From the NCBI GenBank assembly GCA_019745315.1, contig JAIETH010000002.1, positions 32,654 through 96,653 of the forward strand: DNA of 64,000 bases, given 5' to 3'. Under the pieces are notes generated by a model. That model was not told the DNA's origin, searched no databases, and saw nothing but the letters and a program-made list of their open reading frames with translations. This DNA is from Patescibacteria group bacterium. Its GTDB lineage: Bacteria; Patescibacteriota; Minisyncoccia; Phycocordibacterales; UBA918. The position numbers and the translations under genes were made by a program. The first letter of the stretch is position 1; every line of letters begins with the position of its first letter. Positions 1-8,021 of the stretch are shown here, in pieces.

Positions 1-2
1 TA

Positions 3-53
3 GATGAGTACTTATTGCCTTCTACAGAGGCAGTGTGCGTTGAGGATATTTGA
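3..53 (+). CDS. Probable 3' end of a gene entering the window (…DEYLLPSTEAVCVEDI*)
   Basis: Open frame from the window edge to TGA at 51-53; a diverged copy of these codons recurs at 176-202. Confidence 0.35.
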   Translation, partial: DEYLLPSTEAVCVEDI

Positions 54-60
54 ACTTGTG

Positions 61-119
61 ATCACGAGTCGCTAAGCAAAATACTTCGTATTTATGCTAA
101 GCGCTCGCGACCCCGGCTC
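61..119. repeat. Palindromic REP/MITE-like element, copy 1
   Basis: Nested hairpin gtcgc…gcaaaatac-ttc-gtatttatgc…gcgac; aligns with 23637-23703. Confidence 0.6.
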
Positions 120-273
120 GATTGTTTTTCTTTCAGAAAAACATATCTCCACATGGCACCAAGGACTCGTCTCTTACAGAGACAGTACCCGTTGAGGATA
201 TTTTTATCGCTAAAGCTCAAAAATATCTCGCAACGGTTTCGACCCCTAGTCGAAAGCAATCCCATTGCTTTCT

Positions 274-324
274 TGCGCGCACAAAAAAACTGCCGTACGG
301 CAGTTTTTTTCTTTGGTGCGCGCA
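274..324 (-). terminator. Intrinsic terminator after the duplicated tRNA 3' end
   Basis: aaaaaaactgcc-gtac-ggcagttttttt, extended by tgcgcgcac/gtgcgcgca. Confidence 0.7.
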
Positions 325-341
325 CTAGGGGTCGAACCTAG
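314..341 (-). repeat. Duplicate tRNA-Ile 3' end (T arm, acceptor strand, CCA)
   Basis: Minus strand CTAGGTTCGACCCCTAGTGCGCGCACCA; matches the tRNA 3' end (517-542) apart from the completed CCA. Confidence 0.85.
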
Positions 342-517
342 ATCATTACATGATCAGTACAGGTTTCTGATATTTTGATTCGCATAGCTCTCAAAATATC
401 TAGTAACCTTCTCTAACAGTTCACAGAACTATTAGAGCCTTTCGAGTGAGAAAGTGCGGGGCACTTTTGCAAGACTTTCTATGGCAAATTATTCTTTTTA
501 TTTTGTTGTGTACTTTG

Positions 518-590
518 TGCGCGCACTAGGGGTCGAACCTAGGACCTTTCGAGTATCAGTCGAATGCTCTACCAACTGAGCTATGCGCGC
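518..590 (-). tRNA. tRNA-Ile(GAT), CCA not encoded
   Basis: Cloverleaf: GCGCGCA acceptor stem, AGTTGGTA D loop, CTGATAC anticodon loop, GGTTCGA T loop. Confidence 0.97.
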
Positions 591-925
591 ACAAAACCTA
601 CAACTTTAAAATAAAAGGACAATTTGCCTAGAAAGTATACAGCTTCCGTAGGAAGTCAGTCGAATATTCCCCCAACCCTATTGCCGGCCCCCTAGGGCAT
701 CGGCAATTTCCTCCTATGGTCGGAACCGGATTCAAAGCAAAACTGTTTACTTTGAATAGCCAGCGCGCATTTTCGAAATACAATCCTTGAATAAATGGAT
801 GAGTATTGCTTCGAGATAGTATCAAAAATAGTACTTTATCGCAATGAAATTGTGATTTTGTATAGAAATCATAAAGGGCCGAAACGAATGTTCCGGCCCC
901 CTTCCATCTGCTCGCTTGCTGGCCA

Positions 926-1165
926 TCACTTCCTGATCGTATTCCTGAAGCCGATCAGAGCAAGGCCTGCCAGCATCATTCCCCCGATCGTCATGAAGGC
1001 CTGAAGCCCCATATGATCGACATCTCGAAACGCGATCCACATCGCGCCGAAGACCGAGACGAGAAGTCCCACTGCCTTCAGCTTCTGCAGACTCGACAGC
1101 GATCGAGATCTGCGATTGGTGGTACGTATTGCGCCACCAACGAACAACCTATCGGAGTGAATCAT
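926..1165 (-). CDS. Small two-TM hypothetical protein (GC-rich cassette)
   Basis: 79-aa ORF with two hydrophobic segments; AAGGGGG upstream; own promoter; downstream hairpin gggccgaa…ttccggccc. Confidence 0.65.
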   Translation of the reverse strand: MIHSDRLFVGGAIRTTNRRSRSLSSLQKLKAVGLLVSVFGAMWIAFRDVDHMGLQAFMTIGGMMLAGLALIGFRNTIRK

Positions 1166-1203
1166 AGTTTTTATGTCCCCCTTCTCTGTTTGAACCTGAA
1201 TAT

Positions 1204-1231
1204 ATTATATCACGCACATATATATTGTCAA
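1204..1231 (-). promoter_or_regulatory. sigma70 promoter TTGACA-16-TATAAT with extended -10
   Basis: Perfect consensus hexamers upstream of 926..1165. Confidence 0.75.
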
Positions 1232-1282
1232 ATACCCCACTGTGTATATCGTTTGCACCTTTGGCTGCGGTATACTGTTTAC

Positions 1283-1666
1283 ATGAAAAAATCACACATT
1301 CTTACAACATTCCTAGCCCTCGGACTCCTCTCCGTGCCAGCTCTAAGCCATGCTCAAACAGTGACATTGGCAACATATATTGGTGTAGCAATCAGCTTCA
1401 TCAATGACTATCTCATCCCTCTTATTGCTGCTATTGCATTTCTCTTTTTTATCTGGGGAATGGTCAAGTATTTTATTATCGGGGCAACCAATGAATCGAG
1501 TCGCGAAAGCGGGAGTCGTCTTGCGATATGGGGCATAGCCACTTTTGTCGTTATCGTGAGTGCGTGGGGACTTGTGAATATGCTCATTACAGGATTTGGT
1601 GTAGAAAATCCATCAACTCTTCCCTGTCCTGATTACGGACGCGACCGCAACCCTAATTGTATATAG
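1283..1666 (+). CDS. CPR pilin-like (TrbC/VirB2-type) membrane protein
   Basis: Signal peptide ending SHA-Q, two TM helices, FIWGMVKYF…AIWGIA pattern; start moved to MKKSHIL. Confidence 0.7.
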   Translation: MKKSHILTTFLALGLLSVPALSHAQTVTLATYIGVAISFINDYLIPLIAAIAFLFFIWGMVKYFIIGATNESSRESGSRLAIWGIATFVVIVSAWGLVNMLITGFGVENPSTLPCPDYGRDRNPNCI

Positions 1667-1924
1667 AGAGACCGTGAGGAAAACAAAAAAACGCGACGTA
1701 TATGTCGCGCTTTTTTGTTTGTGTAATATAGAAAGAAATTTCATCTGTACACACGTCACTTTTATAGAGAAATACGTATCTTCTTTTGCCTTACCCTTGA
1801 ACCTAGTCTTTCCCAGTGTCGCATAGATTTTGAGACCATACCATGATAAGTCTATTTCGGTGCTCAATTGAGGCACCGAATATCGACCGGTAAGGTAAAG
1901 AGCATGAAAGCTCAGTACCATTTC

Positions 1925-3385
1925 CGATTGGAATTAATCCACGACCAGCTTCCGCTAGCCGTGCCTTGTTACGACTTAGTCCCTGTCATCGAGTTTACCG
2001 TAAGCCTACACGAGGTAGGATTTCGGGCACTCCCGACTCCCTTGACTTGACGGGCGGTGAGTACAAGGCTCGGGAACGTATTCACCCCGGCGTTGCTGAT
2101 CCGGGATTACTAGCGATTCCGACTTCATGAGGGCGAGTTGCAGCCCTCAATCCGAACTGGGGGTACTTTTATAAGGATTTGCTCCACCTTACGGTATTGC
2201 GTCCTGTTGTGGTACCCATTGTATCACGAGTGCAGCCCAAGGCATCAAGGGACATGCGGACCTGGCGTCATCCTCACCTTCCTCCCCCGTGAGGGGGCAG
2301 TCTCGCCTGACAAATATAACAGGCAACGAGGGTTGCGTTCGTTTCCCCACTTAAGGGAACAACTCAAGCCACGAACTGACGACGGCCATGCATCACCTGC
2401 CATACACCCTCGAAGGCTTCCCCGGTTTCTCGGGGCGTGCAGTATGGTTTCTAGCCTTGGTAAGGTTCCTCGCTTAGCGACGAATTAAGCCTCATGATCC
2501 ACCGCTTGTGCGAGCCCCCGTCTATTCCTTTGAGTTTTAATCTTGCGATCGTACTTCCCAGGCGGCCCGCTTAACGCGTTAGCTTCGCCTCAGAGAGGGT
2601 CGATACTCCCTAAAGCTAGCGGGCAACGTTTAGGGCGTGGACTACCGGGGTATCTAATCCCGTTCGCTACCCACGCTTTCGTGTTTCAGTGTCAGGAATA
2701 CGCCAGTAAAGTGCCTTCGCATTTGGTGTTCCCCATGATATCAACGGATTTCACCCCTACACCATGAGTTCCCTTTACCTCTCGTATCCTCGAGCGTAGC
2801 CGTTTCCTCCGCGATTACCGGGTTAAGCCCGGTGATTTAACGGAAGACTAACTACGCCACCTACACACCCTTTACGCCCAGTAAATCCGGATAATGCTCG
2901 GGGCCTCTGTATTACCGCTCCTGCTGGCACAGAGTTAGGAGCCCCTTATTCATGAGGTAACGTCAAAATTTCCTCCCTCATAAAAGATGTTTACGTCCCT
3001 AAGGACTTCATCCATCACGCGGCGTCGCTCCGTCAGGCTTGCGCCCATTGCGGAAGATTCTCGACTGCAGCCTCCCGTAGGAGTATGGCCCGTGTCGCAG
3101 TGCCATCGGTGGGGGTCAGCCTCTCAGCTCCCCTACGCGTCGTAGCCTTGGTGAGCCATTACCTCACCAACTAGCTGATACGTCGCAGGCTGTTCCCAGA
3201 GCGATAAATCTTTACTCTCTCGAGACCATCACGTATTATCTCGCCTTTCGACGAGTTATTCGTGACTCTGGGGTACATACCTACGTGTTACTACCTCGTC
3301 TGCCATGGGTCTAAACCCATTCGACTTGCATGCCTCATCCACGCCGCCAGCATTCATCCTGAGCTAGGATCAAACTCTAATTTAA
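1925..3385 (-). rRNA. rrs: 16S rRNA, stand-alone, no canonical anti-SD
   Basis: AGAGTTTGATCCTAGCTCAG near the 5' end, AAGTCGTAACAAGG near the 3' end; tail GGATTAATTCC; ends approximate. Confidence 0.98.
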
Positions 3386-3730
3386 GACGATGGTGCAGCT
3401 TACGCTGCGATCATCGATTTTGTCCAAGGATAAGGCAGAAGAAAATACCTATTATTTTTTCTGCCCTCCTACTTATTTTCTATTGTGTGCTGAATGTATG
3501 TAGGCTCCTGGCTTACATACATTCAATTTCGTGTTGTACATATGAAATTGTATGGAGACCATACAACTCTTGTTCATCAGAATACTAAAAATATACGTGC
3601 ATATGATTAGCACTTTTGACTCCCAAGATCTTTCAAAAAACAATTCCCTGCGCACCCAATCCACTGGTCTTTTTCAAGGCCATTTCGGTATTTGAAGGAA
3701 TGAAAAACGCCTTCAAAAGGCAGTGGAAGC

Positions 3731-3758
3731 ATTATACGGATTTGAGGCGTGCCGTCAA
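3731..3758 (-). promoter_or_regulatory. 16S promoter TTGACG-16-TATAAT
   Basis: Same hexamers and spacer as the 23S promoter at 22107-22134. Confidence 0.75.
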
Positions 3759-3854
3759 GCAAATGCCCTATGGGGATAGAGGGACGCCTCACCAAGCGGC
3801 CGTATACATAAAAAAGACAAGCATTTCTGCTCGTCTTTGGGGGCTCTCGGGCGA

Positions 3855-4058
3855 CTAGAGGTCAACCCGGAACCGTGGATCGCTGCGCGCATAGAGGTCA
3901 AAAGGATCACCCTTCTCAGGAACCTTCGGCAGCTCCTCCAGAGACAGATCCATGGTCGCCTCGTCTGCTCGAGGTGTTTCTGCCTCGGCCCCCCGCACCT
4001 CTTGTGCGAGCTCGATTTCGAGCGGCGCATTCGCTCGCGGACCCGCAAAACTCGTCAT
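3855..4058 (-). CDS. Small acidic hypothetical peptide (GC-rich cassette)
   Basis: 67-aa ORF, AAGGAG SD 7 nt before ATG, hairpins downstream, attenuator upstream. Confidence 0.6.
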   Translation of the reverse strand: MTSFAGPRANAPLEIELAQEVRGAEAETPRADEATMDLSLEELPKVPEKGDPFDLYARSDPRFRVDL

Positions 4059-4215
4059 AACGGCTCTCCTTATGCCTCGAAGATCACATCCTCGTCGGAA
4101 CGAAAAACATCTTACAGATGCTGTACACCATACCGGGTATTTTGTTTCGGCACTGCCTCACAAAATGCCTGGTATGGTCGATTTTTTTGTTCTAGCATGC
4201 CCCCGGCATACTCGA

Positions 4216-4387
4216 ACAAAAAATCCCCCGCAAGGGGTTCCGCTTCGACGTATGTTTTTGTTTTTAGAAACTTACGCAATCACAGAACCCCTCTCCGGAG
4301 AGAAGTAGCTAAACCATGTAAACACGGTTGTCTGTGATTGCATTCGTTCCATATAAAAAGAATATGTCCTTACCCACATTTGGTCAA
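4216..4387 (-). promoter_or_regulatory. Attenuator 1: promoter, leaderless leader peptide, antiterminator/terminator
   Basis: TTGACC-17-TATTCT; leader ORF 4272-4352; GGGGTTC in the leader complements terminator arm GAACCCC; U tract follows. Confidence 0.7.
4272..4352 (-). CDS. Putative leader peptide MERMQSQTTVFTWFSYFSPERGSVIA
   Basis: ATG 6 nt after the -10; overlaps alternative hairpins. Confidence 0.6.
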   Translation of the reverse strand: MERMQSQTTVFTWFSYFSPERGSVIA

Positions 4388-4401
4388 GCGCCCTACTGTA
4401 A

Positions 4402-5142
4402 CTATTCTTTTACTATTCGCTCAATAAATTTAGGAATTATTGATGACGCTTCAATAGATGGCTTGGCTATCGATTCGACAGACACACCCTGAGGAAGATA
4501 CCCAGGTGAGTTTTGTAATTTCCATGCAATATCTTTCTGTGTTAATTCAGGATGAAATTGAGTGGTATACACATGATTCCCGTAGCGGAGTGCGCTAAAC
4601 CGACACTGCGCACTCTCTGCAAGTACCACTGCCCCAGGAGGAAGCGCAGAGACACTATCTTTATGCCCATACTGCGCCATAAATATCTCTGGGAGATCTG
4701 AGAAAATAGCGTCGCTTTTTCCTGCATCTGTGAGAGCAACGGGGAATGTCCCTACCTTCTTTTGACTCGCGTCATGCAGAACAGGTACACCAAGAACCTC
4801 AGAGATAATTTGGTGCCCATAGCAAATACCTAAAAGTGGGATATCTTTTTCAAGAATATACAAAATTAAAGGTCGAATGCGCGCAACTATATGAGAAGAA
4901 GTTATGCGCGCTGAGTCATCAACTGACCGACCACCATCAAAGTCAAACTCCCCTGAACCACCCAACATGACAGCATCATATCCCGCGAGCATATGCGGAG
5001 GAGTATTCCATTCCAAACTTTCATTCAAGGACGATATAAAATCAGTGTGCGCCGCAGATCCTATTGCTCGAGTATATTCTCCCTGCTCGGCGTGAAGCAT
5101 TTCCGGTCGCGCACGCGATTGAATAATCAAAATCTTTTTCAT
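4402..5142 (-). CDS. Class I glutamine amidotransferase-like protein
   Basis: GICYGHQ nucleophile elbow and QFHPE motif; start MKKILII. Confidence 0.85.
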   Translation of the reverse strand: MKKILIIQSRARPEMLHAEQGEYTRAIGSAAHTDFISSLNESLEWNTPPHMLAGYDAVMLGGSGEFDFDGGRSVDDSARITSSHIVARIRPLILYILEKDIPLLGICYGHQIISEVLGVPVLHDASQKKVGTFPVALTDAGKSDAIFSDLPEIFMAQYGHKDSVSALPPGAVVLAESAQCRFSALRYGNHVYTTQFHPELTQKDIAWKLQNSPGYLPQGVSVESIAKPSIEASSIIPKFIERIVKE

Positions 5143-5230
5143 ATGCAATATCGAAATAGTATCAGGGTTTTGTATAAAATAAAAAAGCCGGCACACAAGG
5201 CACCGACTACTCAACTGAACCTACAGAGGT

Positions 5231-6184
5231 TCAGCCATCAAAAACCAAAGCTCCCACAACGGCATCATTCTGACCGTGAACCAACAGTGATTCCCGCGCC
5301 ATCCACATGCCGCCCATCGGCTCAAACTCGCCGCTTCGCGTGTTCAAACCAAAGAACATCCGATAGATCATGTTGCGCGCCCCGAGAGCATCGCGTCGCG
5401 TCGGCATGATGAGCGGCTGCGCAAATGCCGGACCAGACCGACGAAGACGACTTTCAACCTCCCCTGGCGAAAGGCGCTCATTGCGCTTCACCCCATAGAG
5501 AGGAGCTTCTTTGGCTGCGTCATGGAGATACACGGCAACCATGTTGCATCGAGTGCCCCGCAAGGGACGCAGAACGCACGATCGATCGAGCGGCGGCGAC
5601 ACGTAGCCACCTGCCTGCTCACTCGGATCTGTCAGCCACTCGATGCGACGCCAGAGATTCATCCGCTCTCCGTAATGCTTATCACCCTCGTGCCGCACAG
5701 AGCTGATGGCTCGATGCTCGAGAGGGTGATAGTCACGATCTTCTGGGCGAGAGCGCACCAAGAGCGCGCCCGCATGACGAAATGCCTGCTCGAGAGAAAG
5801 ACCTTCTCCCAATGCCAGCGCATCGTCAGTGATCCTGTGAGGAGAGCTGACCCACCGAAATTCAGGCCACATACCCAGCATCTCGCTGAGCCTGCTTTCG
5901 AATTGTGGCACGAGGACTTTCGCCACCCCAATACCACACGGACGCTCCTCCACCTCAAAGAGATGGAGCTTTTCCTCAGGATCAACCACGCAGTCGAGCC
6001 GAACAATGAGCGAAGGACTGCCGTAGTCTCGACCCACGAGGGTATCACCCTTCGGATAGATACCGCGCCACTCCTTGAGCAGCGCCAGAGCTTGGTCGAT
6101 CGCCCCTGTCGAAAAAACCTCGACATGGTCGGACACGTTGAGCGTCCAACCATTTGGCAAAACTTTCTGTTCGAACGAAGCCAT
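5231..6184 (-). CDS. Circularly permuted ATP-grasp-like ligase (GC-rich cassette)
   Basis: RLD…FEVEERPCG precedes VLRPLRGT and AFAQP, the permuted order of ATP-grasp motifs; AGGAGG SD. Confidence 0.55.
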   Translation of the reverse strand: MASFEQKVLPNGWTLNVSDHVEVFSTGAIDQALALLKEWRGIYPKGDTLVGRDYGSPSLIVRLDCVVDPEEKLHLFEVEERPCGIGVAKVLVPQFESRLSEMLGMWPEFRWVSSPHRITDDALALGEGLSLEQAFRHAGALLVRSRPEDRDYHPLEHRAISSVRHEGDKHYGERMNLWRRIEWLTDPSEQAGGYVSPPLDRSCVLRPLRGTRCNMVAVYLHDAAKEAPLYGVKRNERLSPGEVESRLRRSGPAFAQPLIMPTRRDALGARNMIYRMFFGLNTRSGEFEPMGGMWMARESLLVHGQNDAVVGALVFDG

Positions 6185-6229
6185 TGGCTTTTGCCTCCTA
6201 CATGTGTGACGAACTCAGGAATGTCTCCT

Positions 6230-6389
6230 AAAAACAAAACGACCCCATGCGGGGCCTTGCTTGTCTCTAGATTCCTGTCGGAACTACGCACTCGCAAGAC
6301 CCCTCTGTTTCCAGAGAAGAATAGCGAGGAGGACGAATCCAATGCGATGTTCCATATTTCTACCTTATCAAACCAAAAGTATGTGTCAA
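6230..6389 (-). promoter_or_regulatory. Attenuator 2: promoter, leaderless leader peptide, antiterminator/terminator
   Basis: TTGACA-16-TAAGGT; leader ORF 6284-6355; GGGGTCTTGC pairs with GCAAGGCCCC of the terminator; U-rich tail. Confidence 0.7.
6284..6355 (-). CDS. Putative leader peptide MEHRIGFVLLAILLWKQRGLASA
   Basis: ATG 6 nt after the -10; same layout as attenuator 1. Confidence 0.6.
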   Translation of the reverse strand: MEHRIGFVLLAILLWKQRGLASA

Positions 6390-6452
6390 GAAAAATCTTT
6401 ACGTTCCACTGCGCACAAAAAAAAAGACGCATGAGCGTCTCAGGAAAGAACG

Positions 6453-6670
6453 GATGGCGACGAGTAGGATACACGGAATCGGTGCCAGCCTATCCGCATA
6501 AATAGGAGAGGTGAGCCCCGCAACTTCCACGAAGAGGGCTTTTCTTCCTATGAGGCATAGCCTCATCCGCAGACTATTCAGCACGGCGTGCTATCCGCAC
6601 AGAAGTCATATTTGCGCTTTTCACCAAACCTGGCCGGGAGTGCCCAGCATGCGCAAACCTCGCCGCCACC
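6453..6670 (-). ncRNA. Unidentified ~218-nt structured RNA
   Basis: 12-bp terminal stem GGUGGCGGCGAG/CUCGUCGCCAUC; TATGAT 6 nt upstream; terminator at 6417-6440. Confidence 0.6.
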
Positions 6671-6734
6671 TCAAATATCATACACGCCCCATACAGATAC
6701 GCAAGAAACGACTCTCTGTGCTACACTATTCCGG

Positions 6735-7424
6735 ATGCATTCTGAAACAGTCATAATCTCAGTCGGCGGTTCTCTTATCGTCCCAGATCAGATCGACACA
6801 GACTTTCTCTCCTCTTTGAAGACTCTTGTTGCCACAGAAATTGCTGCAGGCAAGCATTTTATAATCATCACCGGTGGCGGAAAAACAGCACGGAGATATC
6901 AAGACGCAGCGAGTGGTGTAACGAATCTCTCTTCTGAGGACGTTGACTGGATTGGCATCCACGCAACGCGCCTAAATGGACACCTCCTTCGCACTATTTT
7001 TCGAGACATTGCTCACCCTGTCATGATCACAAATCCTGATGATGTACTTGATATCCCGAAAGATGTTCCTCTGATCATCGCATCAGGATATCGCCCTGGA
7101 TCTTCTACCGACCTACGTGCCATTCAGATAGCCGAGCGACGTGGCGCTACAAAAGTAGTTAATCTTTCAAATATTGACTACGTCTATACTGCAGACCCGC
7201 GCACCAATCCTGATGCACAGAAAATAGAATCTATTTCATGGGCAGATTTTAGAAAACTCATACCGTCGGAATGGGATCCCGGACTCTCTTCCCCATTTGA
7301 TCCTGTTGCCGCCCGCGAAGCTGAGCGACTCGGACTTGAGGTAGCGGTTATAAATGGAGGAAATCTTCAAGAACTCCAGAAATATCTTGAAGGAAATCCT
7401 TTTGTAGGGACAGTTATAAAATAA
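6735..7424 (+). CDS. pyrH: UMP kinase, archaeal type
   Basis: ISVGGS, TGGGKTARRYQ, PGSSTD, DYVYTADP, SPFDPVAA motifs. Confidence 0.92.
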   Translation: MHSETVIISVGGSLIVPDQIDTDFLSSLKTLVATEIAAGKHFIIITGGGKTARRYQDAASGVTNLSSEDVDWIGIHATRLNGHLLRTIFRDIAHPVMITNPDDVLDIPKDVPLIIASGYRPGSSTDLRAIQIAERRGATKVVNLSNIDYVYTADPRTNPDAQKIESISWADFRKLIPSEWDPGLSSPFDPVAAREAERLGLEVAVINGGNLQELQKYLEGNPFVGTVIK

Positions 7425-7453
7425 AAAAGAGACCCTTGCGGGGTCTCTTTTTT
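7423..7453. terminator. Bidirectional terminator
   Basis: aaaaaagagaccc-ttgcg-gggtctctttttt between convergent genes. Confidence 0.8.
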
Positions 7454-7997
7454 ATTTTTCCATTTCTTCGAGGACGTGAGCCACGCTTTCCTTCAATTCT
7501 TCGAGAGAACCATTATTTTCAATACGAAAATCTGCTGTCTCCATTACCGCACGTGTATTTTGTTTTGAAGGATCATCTGAGTGAAGTTCTTTTTGCTGCT
7601 GCGCTATAAAATCTTCTTTGGTAACAAAATCTGTCTCACTCATGCGACCTTTGATGCGTTCATATCTAATTTCGGGATCAGCATCAACTGCGAGCACCAC
7701 TCCGCCCCTTTTTCGCAGAGCCTCTACTTCACCAAGTGTATAAATAGATTCAATGATCACATTGTCAGAAGAGGTGTGACGTGCAAGATACGTATCAACA
7801 ACATATGAGACACCGTGCTCTGCTCTGAGTTCATTGGCCAAGGCGCTAATGGAAGCTCGATCAAGTGGACTATTTCGCTCTTTAAGAATCTCTAAAAAAA
7901 GCTCGCGTGCTGAGCAATGGATAAAACCGTGCTCTTTGAGGAGGTCAACGACCGCTCCTTTCCCTGCCCCATGAGTACCTGCAATTCCTATGAGCAT
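7452..7997 (-). CDS. P-loop nucleoside-monophosphate/dephospho-CoA kinase-like protein
   Basis: GTHGAGKG Walker A; C-terminal ADFRIENNGS. Confidence 0.75.
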   Translation of the reverse strand: MLIGIAGTHGAGKGAVVDLLKEHGFIHCSARELFLEILKERNSPLDRASISALANELRAEHGVSYVVDTYLARHTSSDNVIIESIYTLGEVEALRKRGGVVLAVDADPEIRYERIKGRMSETDFVTKEDFIAQQQKELHSDDPSKQNTRAVMETADFRIENNGSLEELKESVAHVLEEMEK

Positions 7998-8021
7998 AGA
8001 ATAGTAGAGTTAGAAATATAT

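Noticed and set aside
381-390. cgcatagctc as an inverted tRNA 5' fragment
   Set aside because: Better explained by the recurrent TCGC-n-GCTC loop motif
1868-3588. ORFs overlapping 16S, and likewise those within 23S
   Set aside because: Spurious frames in rRNA; neither intron holds a homing-endonuclease ORF
5522-6505. Long overlapping ORFs 5522-6505 (+) and 5659-6474 (-)
   Set aside because: Shadow frames of the GC-rich 5231-6184 gene; no motifs or start signals
6573-6615. tmRNA-like tag frame (ANMTSVRIARRAE) and a nearby SRP-like CAGG…AGCG within the 218-nt RNA
   Set aside because: No tRNA-like domain or CCA end, tag lacks the terminal AA, and the SRP helix-8 loop is not GNRA
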